64,000 nucleotides of DNA from Felis catus (lineage: Eukaryota), in NCBI RefSeq assembly GCF_018350175.1, contig NC_058368.1:184824001-184888000 (forward strand). Direction: 5' to 3'. Every line of letters starts with the position of its first letter. The first letter of the stretch is position 1. The position numbers were made by a program, and so were the translations under genes. The notes beneath the pieces are model-generated. The model had not been told where the DNA came from. It saw only the letters and a program-made list of their open reading frames with translations, and searched no databases. This document shows, in pieces, positions 38,424-52,570 of this stretch.

Positions 38424-39103
38424 TCTCCCCACTCTTTGAGGCATGGCATTCTCCTTGTGTGTCTCTGACTTTACATGACATTTTCTTCTGCTTGTGAAGA
38501 CACCAGTCATATTGGATTTAAGCCCACCCTAAGGACCTCATCTTAACTGGATTATATCTGTAAAGACCCTGTCACAAACAAGACTACATTCATAGGTACC
38601 AGAGGTTAGAATTTCAATACATTTCTTGGGAAGACACAATTCAGTGTATAACAGTCAATAATAGATGACAGAAAGATTAAATAAAATGTTGGTGGGAAAT
38701 TTTACACTGAAAGAGTGAGAATATCACCACCTGAAACCACGGATCTATTAGTATCACTAATAGCTAAATAACAAAACATTATGTATCACATGAAATGATA
38801 AAATAAAAACTGCATGGCACCAAATAAATTATATTCTTCCAAAACAAATAAAAAATAAATTGTTGCGGAAATTAATTTGCCTTTTGTCCTATCTCCCCCA
38901 ACATACAGGGTACTAGAGACAGAGAAACAAGTTAAACTGTACCAGGAGGATGCGTTGGCCAAATCCAGAATATAGGACTTTCTATGGAACGACTGCCTTG
39001 TTTCTTCAACAAACAAAAACATGGGGAAAAAAAGGAAAGGGGAGTGTTCTCGGGCAGGAGAGATAGAGATGAAAGAAAATTGAGATTTAAGAATGAAAAA
39101 ACA

Positions 39104-39320
39104 GGGACCATGGGTGGCTCCAACTCTTGGGTTCAGTTCATGTCACAGTCTCATAGGTTCATGAAATCGAGCCCCACAGCGGGCTCTGTGCTGATAGCAC
39201 AGCGCCTCCTTGGGATTCTCTCTCTCCCTCTCTCTCTGCCCCTCTCCCGCTCACGCATGCTCATGCTCCCTCTCTCTCTCCAAATAAATAAAAAAAAACT
39301 TGAGAAAAAAAAAAAAGGAA
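39104..39320 (+). mobile_element. Can-SINE (internal deletion in head)
   Basis: Head/body, CT tract, A tail. Confidence 0.88.
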
Positions 39321-39794
39321 AAAACAACAAAAAGACATTTGGAAACCAAATCGACAAACAGCAAATATTTAGAAAATGAAAATTATGATAAAGTAGTTTT
39401 CATATGTACTGAAAAAAAAATGTACTGAATATTAGATAATATTAAGCATGCTTTGTTAATTCCATTAAGTCTTAATATGAAACAACCTCCCTTTATAAGA
39501 GGCATTCTGAAGTATTCAGTGATTCACTCACAGGCTATATAATATTTACCTTAAAATGTTCCACACAGCTAGCACTCCTTGTTGAATGAATGAATGAGGA
39601 TTGCTATGACCTTCACCTGTGGATTAGGTCTCACTGCTTCAAATGCCAAGAGTTGCCCATCCAAGTGAGATCTAAAGCTTACTTTTTACTGAAACCAGCA
39701 TTTCAGGAGCAGGCTCGATTCCTGAAAATGTCTTAGCTCTTTCGAACTTTTCCTGAAGCTTACACTGACTTAAGGATGAGCACAAGGCTAAAGG

Positions 39795-40010
39795 CAGCCA
39801 TTTCCTGAGCACCTACTATGCGGCAGGCACTGTGATAACACATTAAATCTATTGTCTCAGTTATACCCTAAAACACTCAGATGAGGCAAGTACCATTTTC
39901 ATCTTCATTTTACAAGTAAGGAAATGGAGGTTTGGTGAGATGAAGTGACTTTCCCTGGGTCACAAACGGCAGAGCCATTGTTTGAACAGAATTCTGTCTT
40001 CCTCTAGCAC
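39795..40010 (-). mobile_element. MIR
   Basis: GAGCACCTACTATGCGGCAGGCACTGTG...CATTTTACAAGTAAGGAAATGGAGG. Confidence 0.8.
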
Positions 40011-40879
40011 TTGTGATTGTTAAGAATGGTGCAGTAAGATAAACTAGGAGGGCTTCGTAATCAATAGTATGCTTCACGTACATAGGAATAAAAATATAAC
40101 ACACACCAAAAGTGTCTTATCATCATCTAAAGAAAGTGTTAGGAGGCTTTCAATAAAATTCAGGAAACAGCACACACACATTATCTCCCCTGCCTCCCAA
40201 AACCTCACTATATCAATACTAAAGGGATTTTAAAGGAAAAAAGGCATAAACTCATAAGGCCAAAGAATAAGAAGAGAAGTGAACGTGAAAATAAAATTTG
40301 GGGATTTGGAAAACAGACAAAGTGGTCATTGATTTAGCTAGCTGACCTGGGAAACAGAATCGTCAGCTGACAGTAGAGAGATCCAAGAAGCAACCCATTT
40401 GACATCAGAACCTAAAAGGCACAGCAGTTTGTCACATTAGATACTTCTGGGACTATGGAGTAAGGATGGGACTAAAAACCTCAAAACTGGTGTTATCTGT
40501 TTCATAAGCAGTTAGGAGCACAGATTTCCTCCCCTACTCTGCAGGCAGAGGGCCAGTGAGGGTAATACAGAGGCCGAGGCAGGGACTGTCTACCAAAAGC
40601 CAGAGAATTAAGAGAAAGTTTACATACCAGAACCTGAGAAGCCAGCCTTCCTCCCCTACTTGAGCCCAGAATGTTGACACCCAAATTATACCCTCTAGGC
40701 ATGATATAATAAAAGACTTCTCTAGGGAATCTGACCAGTCAAAGAGGAAATACCTAACAATACTGATACTGGGTTATCCTAATGAAATAGCCAGTGAAGT
40801 CACCTTACAGTGAAGCTCACAGTTGACAACCCCCACACTCACTGCAGCTTTTTGTGCCTTATTCTTAAAAATGATCAGA

Positions 40880-41280
40880 CTTGTATGATTCCAATTATAT
40901 GAAATTTTGGAAAAGGCAAAATCCATGGAGACAGTAAAAAGATCAGTGGTTGCCATGGGTCTGAGAAAGGGAGTGCATAGGGGATTTTTAGGGCAGTAAA
41001 ACTACTCTGTATGGTACTGTAATGATGGATACATGTCATTACAGATTTGTCCACACCTGTGGAATGTACAACACCAAGAGTGAACCCTAATTAAACCAAC
41101 ATCTTTGGGTGACTATGATGTGCCAATGTAGGTTCATCGATTGCAACAAATGGACCTCTCTGGCGGGAGATGTTGATAATGTGGGAAGCTGTGAATGTGT
41201 CGGGCAGGCAGTATATGGGAAATCTCTATACCTTCCCTTCAATTTTGCTGTGAACCTAAAACTTCTTCTTAAAATTTGCC
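40880..41280 (+). mobile_element. L1 3'UTR (L1MC-like)
   Basis: GTACAACACCAAGAGTGAACCCTAA and GCTGTGAACCTAAAACT motifs. Confidence 0.85.
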
Positions 41281-41749
41281 TTTTTAAAGGGGATTTCTTT
41301 GTATTCTTACTCTTAACAAATATTTTGAGATGTTATAATTTTATCAAAATAAAAAGTTACCTATCCAGTGGCGTCCAAACAGATGTGTATAGAATTGATG
41401 GAAGGGGTCAAGAGATAGACAGAGTTGTGGTCTAAGAGGACTTGAGATCTTGCTTTCAAATCTTTAGAGTAGTTTTAATGCCCCTCCCCCTTTCTGGAAA
41501 TGCTCATATTCAAAACCTGCTTGTCTATAACCCTGGATAAGAGAGAATTTCCAGGTAGTTAAAAAAAATGCCGTGATACCTATTGTAAAATCAAGGTTCA
41601 GAATATAGACAATTTAGTTCTGATTTGGCAGAATATACAAGTATGCTGAAAGCAACAGCATCAAAAGAGGAACAACTTCAAAAGTCAATAGTAGGTAAGT
41701 GATTAAATACATCGTGTTCCATCTACAGCCTGTAATAGTATGAAATGGA

Positions 41750-42169
41750 TTTTTTTTTTTTTATTTAAATCCAAGTTAGCTAACTTATAGTGTAATAATG
41801 ATTTCAGGAATAGAATTTAGTGGTTCATCACTTATATATAACACCTAGGGTTCATCCCAATAAGTGCCCTCCTTAATGCCCATCGCCCATTTAGCCCATC
41901 CCCCCACCCAGTTCTCTTCCAGCAACCCTCAGTTTGTTCTCTGTATTTAAGAGTCTCTTATGGTTAGTTTCCCTCTTTTTTTAAATCTTATTTTTGCTTC
42001 CCTTCCCCTATGTTCATCTGTTTTGTTTCTTAAATTCCGCATATGAGTGAAATCACATGATATCTGCCTTTCTCTGAGTTATTTCACTTAGCATAATACA
42101 CTCTAGTTCCATCCAGGTTTTTGCAAATGGCAAGATTTCATTCTTTTTGATCACCGAGTAATATTCCAT

Positions 42170-42216
<47 letters not shown>

Positions 42217-42260
42217 TGAGCTCAGGAGCAATATACATATATATATATACATATATAAAT

Positions 42261-42317
<57 letters not shown>

Positions 42318-42468
42318 ATCTTCTTTATCCATTCATCAGTTGATGGACATTTGGGCTCTCTACACTTTGGCTATTGTTGATAGTGCTGCTATAAACATTT
42401 GGGTGCATGTGCCCCTTTGAATCAGCATTTTTGTATTCTTTGGATAAATACCTATTGCTGGGTCAAAG
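41750..42468 (-). mobile_element. Carnivore L1 3' end with internal (TA)n/(CA)n expansions
   Basis: Poly(T); reverse-strand peptide [23 protein letters not shown]. Confidence 0.93.
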
Positions 42469-43585
42469 GTGAAAGAGATATTTTTAAAGATTATTTATTT
42501 TCATGGTTAAATGTCTATAATAGCATATTGAGGAAAATAAGATAGCAAGAAACACATACAGAGGACTCCATCCAAGGGAGTGTGTACATTTCCCTTTAGT
42601 CTGTGTGTGGCACAGCAGTTTCTAAGAACTTAACAAGATCTATCTCTCAATGGATGCAAAGTATTTAGCAGGTGACAAATACTCTGTCAATACTATTAAA
42701 ACAAACACTGGGTGAAAATAAGCCAAAATGTTAACAATGACTATTTATGCATCGTAAGATTGTGAGTTTGCTTTCTTGTATGTGTGGTTTGCTCTTTTTC
42801 TTCTTCTTCCTGTTTTCTATAACGATCATTCATGACCTTTTTTTTTTTTTAATCAGGAGAAACAAATAAATTTTCTTCTCCTGGCCATGCAGATTTTACC
42901 TGGAAGTAAACGGACCACTAACTGACCAGACACAATGTTCCATTATAGGCATCCAGAGAGAGTCCTATAATTGAACAAACAGACCTGATTTCACTGGCAG
43001 CAAGAGCATTTATTTCCAAAGAGAGCACAATTGTTCCCTTACAAAGACTGAGAGGCTGGACATGTATAGAGTAGAATGAGGCAGGTTAAAAAAAATTATG
43101 TGAACTTGAAGTTTCTCAAAGAGTACAAGGAAGACTGCATAAATCCTTGACAAAAGTGGCCATTAGATATGCATTAAATCCAGTTCAGAAACATGTGTTT
43201 AGCTTGGCTGGAGATTGGCACCAAAGGTAAAGGAAAAGGTGACTTGGTTATTAATAAATATATTTCTTACTTAAGAAAGAAAGCTGAGAAAGCTTTTGGG
43301 AAACTAAAGTATCACACTACCCTGTGGAAATTCTCCAGGCTTGAATTAGGGGACCCTCACATAGGTAGATTCAAAGGTTTCAAAAAGCTCCTGAACAAGG
43401 ACTATGGGTCCCAGATCAACATGAATGCTCAGGTCTGAGGCTCTGTCAGCACGTAGGAAAGGTTCCACTTCAAATTATCATTCCCCTCCCTACCCACTTC
43501 AGTGATAGAGGTTACAGGGTTTTCACACTTGAGAAGAACTCTGTCAGAAAGATCTCACACAAAAGTCCATCAGAATTGATCCATC

Positions 43586-43973
43586 TGTTATGGACAGAAT
43601 TGTGTCCCCCAAAATTTATATGGTGAAACCCTAACCCATAATGTGACCATATTTGAAAATAAGGCTTTCAAGATAATTAAAGTTAATAAGGTCACAAGGG
43701 TGGAGTCCTAATCCAAATGGACTGGTCCTTACAAAAAGAGGGAAAGAAACTAGAGCACTCTCTCTGCGCATGCACTGAGAAAAGGCCATGTAAACACTCA
43801 GTGAGAAGGTGAGAAGGCGCCTTCTCTGTTTGCTAGCCAAAAGGAGAGCTCTTACCAGAAACCCACCCTAACAGCACCTTGATTTGGGATTTCCAGCCTC
43901 CAGAACTGTGAGAAAATGAATGTCTATTGTTTAAGCTACTCAGCCCAAGTCGCAGCCCAAGTCAATTAATACA
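43586..43973 (+). mobile_element. MaLR (MLT1A/B-like) LTR
   Basis: TGTTATGG...TTCCAGCCTCCAGAACTGTGAGA...TAATACA. Confidence 0.9.
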
Positions 43974-44809
43974 TCACCCTTGCTTTTTAACCCACAAAAA
44001 TTGACCCATGCCATACTAAGGAAATAGATTCTACAATAGTCAGACTTAACCAGATTTTGAACTTGCACTCCCTAATTACCTTTTCATAAAAATAAAGCTA
44101 AAAGGATATTTTCCTCTAATATGGATATTTTATAACACTTGATGGTTCACTTTATTCTGACGTTACTCTGTTTGTCTGAGGAATTGGATATATAAGAAGC
44201 AAATAACTTCCACTGATTACTAAATAAATGCATAATGAAAATATGCAAAAGCCATAGGGTCTACACAAAGCCATCCTAGATATCATTACTGCTCCCTTCA
44301 AGCCTGCTTAGGTTTAAATTATAGAAAAATGATGGAAAAGTTCCTTTCGTTGTTTAGCTATGATGTTTAGAAAAACAGAAGGGATCATGGAGACTTTATG
44401 TTTGACACTAACAGAAAAGAACTTCCGTTGGAAAGCAAAATGCTTGTATGCTTCAGTACTCTGTAAAATGACCAGAAAGTCACTCTAAAATTTACTTCTG
44501 AAAAAGTGTCAGATTTTTAGTGACCTCATGGGAGCCAGATTTTGGTTAATTGGAAGCTCATTTATGAACAGGCGTTTGAAAGTCCAGTGAGGAAACATAA
44601 CAATTTTTAGACAGGTTTTTCTTCATTTGTGGTCTAGGTGGAGAAGTCAGATAATATTGGGATCCATCCCTCTTTCTTATGATAGTTCTGCTTTTGCCAC
44701 AACACACATTCAGTGAGCTGGTGACTTCTGAAGGACAAACTTTTGTTGGCCTCCTTTATTGATTTGCTTGACCCCAGAAATACACAATAAATAACATTAT
44801 GTTCAACTA

Positions 44810-44999
44810 TTTATTATTTTATTTTATTTTATTTTAAAGACAGAGAACACACGCAAGCAAGTGGGAGAGGGGCAGAGGGAGAAAGAGAGAGAATCTCAGA
44901 TAGCCTCCATGCTTACCTACAATCCCACAATCCTAGGATCATGACCTGAGCTGAAATCAAGACTGGGATGCTCAACCAACTGAGCCACCCAGGCAGCCC
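44810..44999 (-). mobile_element. Can-SINE
   Basis: Reverse-complement head, T tail. Confidence 0.9.
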
Positions 45000-47176
45000 T
45001 CCAACTTGAAAATACTAACCAGACTCCCAACATTATCCATCCAGTCTAAATCCTTCACTGATGAAAGAAAGAAAAAAAGAGAGGAGAGAGAAAGACCACA
45101 CAAATAGCAGGCAGCAAGCCAAAGGCAAGACCATTATAAATAAAATGATCTGCTTCAGCAAGGAGGTTTGGTATTCTCCATCTAATTTGAATATTGTCAT
45201 CCAGTGAGCTATTAATTGGATCATCTCTTTATATGGCTCCATCAGTACCATAAAAGGGGATACCATCAGTGACAGAGCAAGAAGTGTATATATATTGGAG
45301 AAGTGTCTCTAACCTCCTTCTCTTGACCTATAATGACCTAAGCCTGCTACCCGGATTTTGCTCAAGGTGATGTTTGTAGTATAACAGATGTCCTTCCAAT
45401 TAAGAGCAATTAAGTCTAGACCTATTTAAGTTATTCTTCTCACTACCTGGTATTATATTTATTTTTACTTGTATATTGCTCCTGAGCTCAAACCAGAATC
45501 AAACCCACAAAAGGCAGGGTTTGTATCTGTCACCTCCATTTCCTCAATATTTGATGAATAAATAAATTAATGGATGAAATACAAGGGGTTGAGAATGCTG
45601 CAGTTGCTTTTAGAAAGCCCCTAAGGATGATATGAGAACTTAAGTGATCTAGAGGGAGGGAAATGGAACAACTACTGTAATCAGAACATTACCCCTTGAT
45701 CATTAAGCAAGAGCTAGGAAAAGCCATCTGGTATAAAATAGATCTTGTTGGGAACTATCAAAGGACACTGCCCCCCATAATCAATGGCTATTTATAAAAA
45801 ACATAATTTCAATATGATGGGAAACTATGTAGCCATTTTAAAAATCAGATTACAGAATATATTTTAAAGGGGAAAAAAGATGACTATAAAGGGGAGGTGG
45901 CCTGGCTCTATACCTATTCACTGGCTGGCATGTGTTTATGGGAAATAGTCATCTTTGAAATGGATGCCTCTTTGAAATGGATGCCTGGGCCATCAAAGCT
46001 TAAATCAGGCACTTGCATCACAAACAAACAAACAAACAAACATACAACACCTGTCAGGGTTTACACTATAATCTCAACCTAATCTGTTAAACTCCCTGGG
46101 ACTCACGCAACAGCAACATGGCTCTTCCAAGTATCCTCTGATCCTTTCTCTTACTTTGGATTCCTTTTCTTATCTATGTTCCAAAGTCTTGCCTCCCATT
46201 TGTCCATCACAGATCTTTGTGTTTCTTGCAGGTGCAAACAGAAGGTTCCTATCCTATCTGTATCTACCCAAAAACTAAGACTCAAACTGAAAACTAAACA
46301 TCTCCTTGCATCTTCAGGCTTACTGCTGCCTACTGCATGGTGTTGTCTTAAGAACAAAGTGGTCATCCCAAAGTCAGATGTACTGGGTGGGGATAGGGAG
46401 AAGTTCCTGGAGGATGTCCCCTCAAACTAAACATAAGATTAATCTGAGGAGCTAGGTAAATGACAAGTTTCCATGACCTGGCTTCCAAGGGTGGTGGTGG
46501 TTGTTGTTGTTTTTGGGTAGGTCATTTTTAATGTGTACAATGAATATGTTTCTAAGGCAATTCTGCTGCAGATGGTCCATGGATCACATTCTGAGAAATA
46601 GTGGTTTCAGACTTTATTTAATGACACAGGACAGGCCGTTAGGCCAATGGAAGTGCCTCAAAGTTTTACCCCATCTGTGACTGAACTGAAGTCAAGAGGT
46701 TTGCCTCTAGCTAGCTGTAAAAAATGCTGAAGTGATAAAGTAGATTTTCTGAGCATTTGGGATTTAAATATCAATTTCTCCTTTTAGGAATGTGACAGTG
46801 TTCTCACCTGGGGACTTTAGGCAAGGCTGTTTTGCATTTATAGTTTATTTTGCTCAGTAATTATTCGCCAAGTGTTTTACAGGATATATTCAGTCTCCCC
46901 AGCTTGATCGTAAACTCCTGGGGTAGCTGAAAGGCTTTCAAAATATTTCTTAATGACATGGAAAGAAAGAAATTGTGCTTAGCGCAGTGTTGTTGACAAA
47001 AGTGCATCCAAGGTCATTAGGTGTATATTTTCTACTACACTTCATTTAGCTCTAAATCTGGGGTATGCTTCCTTTTAAATTGGAGACGAGGAGCAGAAAT
47101 ATGAGGTAGAGAACATAAACTTTTTTAAAGTAAAGAAAGCTTACATTTCATAATCAGGGGAAATTTTGTTTTAATG

Positions 47177-47675
47177 CAGTGGTCCTCAAAATGAAGTCCA
47201 CAACTAGCAGAATTAAAAAAGAAAGTTATCTTGTCAAAAAATGCAAATTATCAGGCCCCTCCCAGACCTACTGAATCAGAAACTGTGGCAGCAAGCCCAC
47301 CATCTGAGTCAGCTCAGGCTGCTATAACAAAATAGCATAAGCTGAAGCGGGGGAGGGGCATGCAGGATACTTAACAAATACTTATTTCTCATACTTCTGG
47401 AGGCTGTGATGTTCAATATCAAGGTGCTGACAGATTCAGTTCTCAGTGAGGGCTCTCTTCCAAGTTTGATGAAGAGTGCCTTCCTGCTGTGTGCTCACAG
47501 AGCCTTTCCTAGGTGCTCTCTTTCTCTTCTTATGAAGGCACTAACCTTTAATCTAATTACCCCTCAAAGGCACCAACTCCAAATAGCATCACATTGGGGG
47601 GTAAGGGTTTCAACAAGTGAATTTGAAGGAGACACATTCAGTCCATAATACACTGAAATGTGCACTTAAGTTTAA
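47177..47675. mobile_element. MER5A-like DNA transposon interrupted by a minus-strand MLT1A-like LTR (~47301-47650)
   Basis: CAGACCTACTGAATCAGAAACT (MER5A) and CAGGCTGCTATAACAAAATA...CACATTCAGTCCATAA (MLT1A). Confidence 0.75.
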
Positions 47676-48545
47676 TACTGGGGTTGGAAAGGATGGGGGA
47701 ATCTGTCCTGTGGATTTTAGAAACCAAAAAAGAAAACAAAACAAAGCAAAAAAACTTGGAAGACTATAAAACAGTAAAGCTACCATGTGATCAAAGTGCA
47801 CAATCCGCTTGCTAGAAATCTCAGTGTTAGATGTGCATGAAAAGAGATTCCCCTATGTATATGTATTAAATGAGTAAAAGAAATACACAGAAATGACCAA
47901 AAATATTTCTGCTGCATTTTACAAAGTGTTTTGTCTCACCTAATCTCAGTGGAGTCTCCTCACTTCCCTGAGATGAAGATTAAGTCCTATTATTTTCCTA
48001 TTTTCAGCTAAAGATTCTCCACTCAGAGATGACCTAGGGCAAGCCACATGGGTACCCAGGGGTGCCTAAATTCTATATTCACTTCCCTCCACCAAAAAGC
48101 ATTTCCTTCTTTTATTATAACAAATGAATTCCCCTGTTCCTTCACCCTGCTTTGCAAGGATTGGGGTAAATGTCACCTTCCAGAGCTTCTTGCTAGTTTG
48201 TTTGTTGTCTATAGACCTTTATCTTCATTCACAAATTAACAGCTTGTCCTCATATTAACCAGATGGATGGATGCACCTGATTAATTGCAGTTGTAAGATG
48301 GATAAGTAGATTAAAGAACACAGCGGCTGGAGTGCTCACTGCTGGCCAGACATAATTAAGAAAGGAGGAGTGAGCAAGTTCTACTGGGGCTTCGGTGAGG
48401 GAAAGGCTCAATGGACTGATTTCCTGGAACTGCTTCAAATGCTAAATTATGAGAAGGGCTTGCTGCCGCACTGGGAGAACGTTGAAATCCTGCTGCTGAG
48501 AGGGCACAAATCCTGCTTCTGCCCTAAGATGCTCCGCATTTAAAT

Positions 48546-49160
48546 CAATGTTTCTCTGACTGTGTTGTTTGACTACCCTTGTCAGAATCATGTGGATGTT
48601 TATTGAAAATGCAGATTTCTGGATCTCATCCAGGACCCACTAAAATAGGTGGGAGGGTTGGTGGTGGGGATCAGGAATCTGCATTGTTGACAATTTACCT
48701 GACTTATTGCTATCCTCAAATGTGTAGAATTTCCAGAATCACCTAAAAGACTGCACAAATCGGCACTTTGTGAACAATGAAGAGCGCTTGTCTACCAAAA
48801 CCTCCAGCAATTGAATATCCAACCCCTGCAAAGATCTGACAAAGCAGAGTCTATGCCAGAATCCAAGGTTTTGTCTCAGAAGTCTCCTGAGACACTTGTT
48901 AGGAGATGAGAGTGCTAGGCCTCGGCCAAGACCTAGTGAATAAGAACCTCTGGGGATGGGGTACCCTCCGGATGAGTGGAAGCGTGCTAAAATTTGAGGA
49001 TTACTGCTGTAGACCCGTGCTGCTCAAACTTCAGTGAGCATATGAATTACCTGGGGATCTTGTTAAAATGCAAATTCTGTTTCAGTAGGTTTGGGAACTA
49101 ATAATCTCCCCAGTGCCGTTGATGCTGCTGATTCACAGACCACATTTTGAGTAGCAAAAC
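48546..49160. mobile_element. Cluster of MER5A/B-like hAT fossils
   Basis: GAAAATGCAGATT, GAATTACCTGGGGATCTTGTTAAAATGCAAATT, CACATTTTGAGTAGCA. Confidence 0.7.
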
Positions 49161-51239
49161 TCTAAGTTACTTTTTATCTAATGTCATGAGAGAAAATTCA
49201 TATGTACAAAAAAAAAAGAAGTCAGAAGCAGATCCCCAGGCCTGGGCTGAAATGGTTGGCTAATCAGCATACCCCAGGCGTAGAAAGTGAAGCTACCAAA
49301 ACACCATCAGTTGGTTTTGAGTTTTGAATACTAAGCATGCATTTGTACTGATTGGCCTACATGCCATCTTCCAGGAAAGGGAGACAAAATGGCTTTGCAG
49401 GAATCAAACTCTGCCTTTGTCCAACTTTCAAACAGCTAATAGGTTCCAATAAAGTGTACTAACCCTCTCTAGAGTGACAGTGTGCTGTGTAGCTGGCTCT
49501 GTCAGGACCTCGAAGAGTCCTGCTATCAGCCCACATCACTTCAATGGGCCTTGATTTCCTCACTTATTGAGTGATGGGTCTGGGGTCTTTGCCTACCCTT
49601 AAAAATCTATGGTTCTATGGCCCCTTCAGTCCTTTTTTCTTACTGTACTTGCTGTATTGTTTCTGGTGCCTGCAGACTGCCACCGCCTTCCCTTTGTACT
49701 TAGCTTACCCTTTGTACTCAACTGAGAGCACAGGCATTCTGTTCCTCTGAGTCAGCCTCTACTGCTGATCCAGGGATCACAAGCTTTGGCACCATGTGTA
49801 CAAATTCAGATGCTACACGGTTCTTGTGCTTGTGCTTTTCACCTTTACCTTGGTATGTTTTAAATTATTCAGCCTTGATGTTCCATCACGCTGAAATTAC
49901 TAATTTGGAAAATGGTCACATACAGGATTAGTTTGCCTGGCTGTCAAGGGTTTACTAAGTAGCCCATGTCCGCTGAGATGAGGTATGTATAAATTAGAGA
50001 GTGAGGATTTGCTTCTAATAGGGGCCTACCAGAATAATTTGTGCAATAAAGACTTCGAATAGCTGGTAGGTTTATAGAATTTCTCTAGTGTAATTAGGAG
50101 AGGCATTGTTGTGTAATGAAGAAAATTAATTAGAACTAAATGTTTAGGGAATGTGTAGTTAGGTAACCAAAGGCATATTTGCAGCCTAATTGTTTTTTGG
50201 CAGCTGGAGGCATTTTATACCCTTTCAGGGTGTTTAGTTAATAGATATTTTAACATGCCCTACTGTTTGCTTTTTCTTAAATTTAAACGACTCCCATATA
50301 AAAAAACAACTCATCGAAGGCTTAAACTAAGTATGTATCCCATTGGAAAATGCCTCAGTCATCTGGTTTATTAGATCATACTGTCTGTCAAATGTTAATT
50401 ATTTTCAGAGGAAGTCCATATTGAGGCTAATTGGTATGCCCTCCTGCACCACATAATTACAGAGTTCTGCTGTATGCTTATAAAACATAAACACCAAAAC
50501 ATTTTCTAATATTTTGCCAATATTTCTCCTAACCTGCACTCAAATCACAAGTCTTCTGCCTCAAGTCTTCTCTGGAACAAGGCAGCATTTTTGAAAAGCC
50601 AGTAAATTTTAAAATAAGCTGGATTGCTTACTCAGTTGGTTATTTTTATAACATGTATAAAATTTTGAAGTCAAGCAGATGTAGATTCAAATCCTGGCTT
50701 TGTCATTCACTATGTGATCTTCGGAAAATTATTTAAACCACCTAAAGCTTTTTTATAGAGGGCTGTTGTGAAAATTCAACAAAATAAGTATATTTTATTC
50801 AATTATGGAATTTTCAGTTTCAGAGAGAAACCTAACATAAAATAACAAAAGAGGGAAATAGCTTTTATTTAGAATAATTTTATATTTCCAAAAGAATTAC
50901 AGAAATGTTACTCAGTTTCCATACACCCTTCACCCAGCTTCCCCAAATATAAACAAATTACTGTCATAAACTATGAAAACCAGTTTCAAATTCAAATTTT
51001 GACAATTGTCTTTTTGTGGTCCAGGATGCTATGTTGCTTTGAGGCTTCATATCTCCTTGGTCTCCACCCATCTGGGAAAGTTCCTCAGTCTGTCTTTATC
51101 CTTCTTGACTTTGACAAGTTTCAAGAATACCAGCTAATTATTTTAAATAAGTCCCTCAACTTGAGTTTGTCTGATATTTTCTCATGATTCAAATTACACG
51201 TTAAGAAAAATGTTTGTTTATTTATTTATTTACATATTT

Positions 51240-51804
51240 ATTTTTGATTTTATTTTTATTTTTTAAATTTGCATCCAAATTAGTTAGCATATAGTGCAAC
51301 AATGACTTCAGGAGTAGATTCCTTAGTACCCCTTACCCATTTAGCCCATCCCCCCTCCCACAACCCCTCCAGTAACCCTTAGTTTGTTCTCCATATTTAC
51401 GAATCTTTTGTTTTGTCCGCCTCCCTGTTTTTATATTATTTTTGTTTCCCTTCCCTTATGTTCATCTGTTTTGTTTCTTAAAGTCCTCATATATTTTTTG
51501 TCTTTCTCTAATTTCACTTAGCATAATACCCTCCAGTTCCATCCACGTAGTTGCAAATGGCAAGATTTCATTCTTTTTGATTGCTGAGTAATACCCCATT
51601 GTATATATATACCACATGTTCTTTATCCATTCAACCTTCGATGGACATTTGGGCTCTTTCCATACTTTGGCCATTGTTGATAGTGCTGCTATAAACATGG
51701 GGGTACATGTGTCCCTTCGAAACAGCACACCTGTATCCCTTGGATAAATGCCTAGTAGTACAATTGCTGGGTCGTAGGGTAGTTGTATTTTTAGTTTTTT
51801 GAGG
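51240..51804 (-). mobile_element. Felid/carnivore L1 3' fragment
   Basis: Reverse-strand ORF2 C-terminus DTCTPMFIAALSTMAKVWKEPKCP...NEILPFATTWMELEGIML. Confidence 0.95.
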
Positions 51805-51817
51805 AGTTTATTTATTT

Positions 51818-52047
51818 ATTTTATTTTTTTTTAATTTTTTTTCAACGTTTTTATTTATTTTTGGGACAGAGAGAGACAGAGCATGAACGGGGGAGGGGCA
51901 GAGAGAGAGGGAGACACAGAATCGGAAACAGGCTCCAGGCTCCGAGCCATCAGCCCAGAGCCTGACGCGGGGCTGGAACTCACGGACCGCGAGATCGTGA
52001 CCTGGCTGAAGTCGGACACTTAACCGACTGCGCCACCCAGGCGCCCC
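51818..52047 (-). mobile_element. Young felid Can-SINE
   Basis: CpG-intact; TSD AGTTTATTTATTT (51805-51817, 52048-52060). Confidence 0.95.
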
Positions 52048-52060
52048 AGTTTATTTATTT

Positions 52061-52465
52061 TTAAAAGAAAGAGACAGCACAAGCTGGGTGGCGGTGGGGG
52101 GTGGGGGGAATGGGGGGGTGGGGAAAAAGAGGAAGATACACAATCCAAAGCAGACTCCAGGCTCCAAGCTGTCAGTGCACAGCCCAATGCAGGGCTGGAA
52201 CCCACGAACCCTGAGATCATGACCTGAGCCACCCAAGCACCCCTTAAATTATACATTAAAAAAAATATTTATTTATTTGGGGGGGGGGAGGGAAAGAGAG
52301 CATGAGTGGGGGAGGGGCAGACAGAGAGAGGGAGAGAGAGAATCCCAAGCAGGCTTCACACTGTCAGCACAGCACCCGACTAGGGGCTCAGGGGCTTTAC
52401 CATGAGATCATGACCTGAGCTGAAATCAAGAGTTGAATGCTCAACCGACCAAGCCGCCCAGGCAA
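52061..52465 (-). mobile_element. Two further Can-SINEs (ending ~52243 and ~52465)
   Basis: Reverse-complement heads/bodies. Confidence 0.9.
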
Positions 52466-52539
52466 TCACTTATGCATTTTTGATAAGAATACCACAGAAG
52501 TAACACTGTGTCCTCAAGTTTGAAGAATATTAGCTAGCT

Positions 52540-52570
52540 ATTTTAGTATATGTGCTGCCGAAGCGAGCAT
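52540..52570 (-). pseudogene. RNU6: U6 snRNA 5' fragment (nt ~1-31), 3'-truncated retropseudogene
   Basis: Minus strand ATGCTCGCTTCGGCAGCACATATACTAAAAT versus U6 GTGCTCGCTTCGGCAGCACATATACTAAAAT. Confidence 0.93.

Larger units (their letters stand above)
37502..38653 (-). mobile_element. MaLR (MLT1B/C-like) LTR split by an insertion
   Basis: TGTGTTAGTTTCCTAGGG start and ...ATAACA end; TSD GTCAC/GTCAA; halves 37502-37732 and ~38424-38653. Confidence 0.85.

Noticed and set aside
45952..45985. 17-bp duplication TCTTTGAAATGGATGCC x2 (and a 13-bp one at ~56477)
   Set aside because: Ordinary slippage duplications; no spacers, so not CRISPR-like
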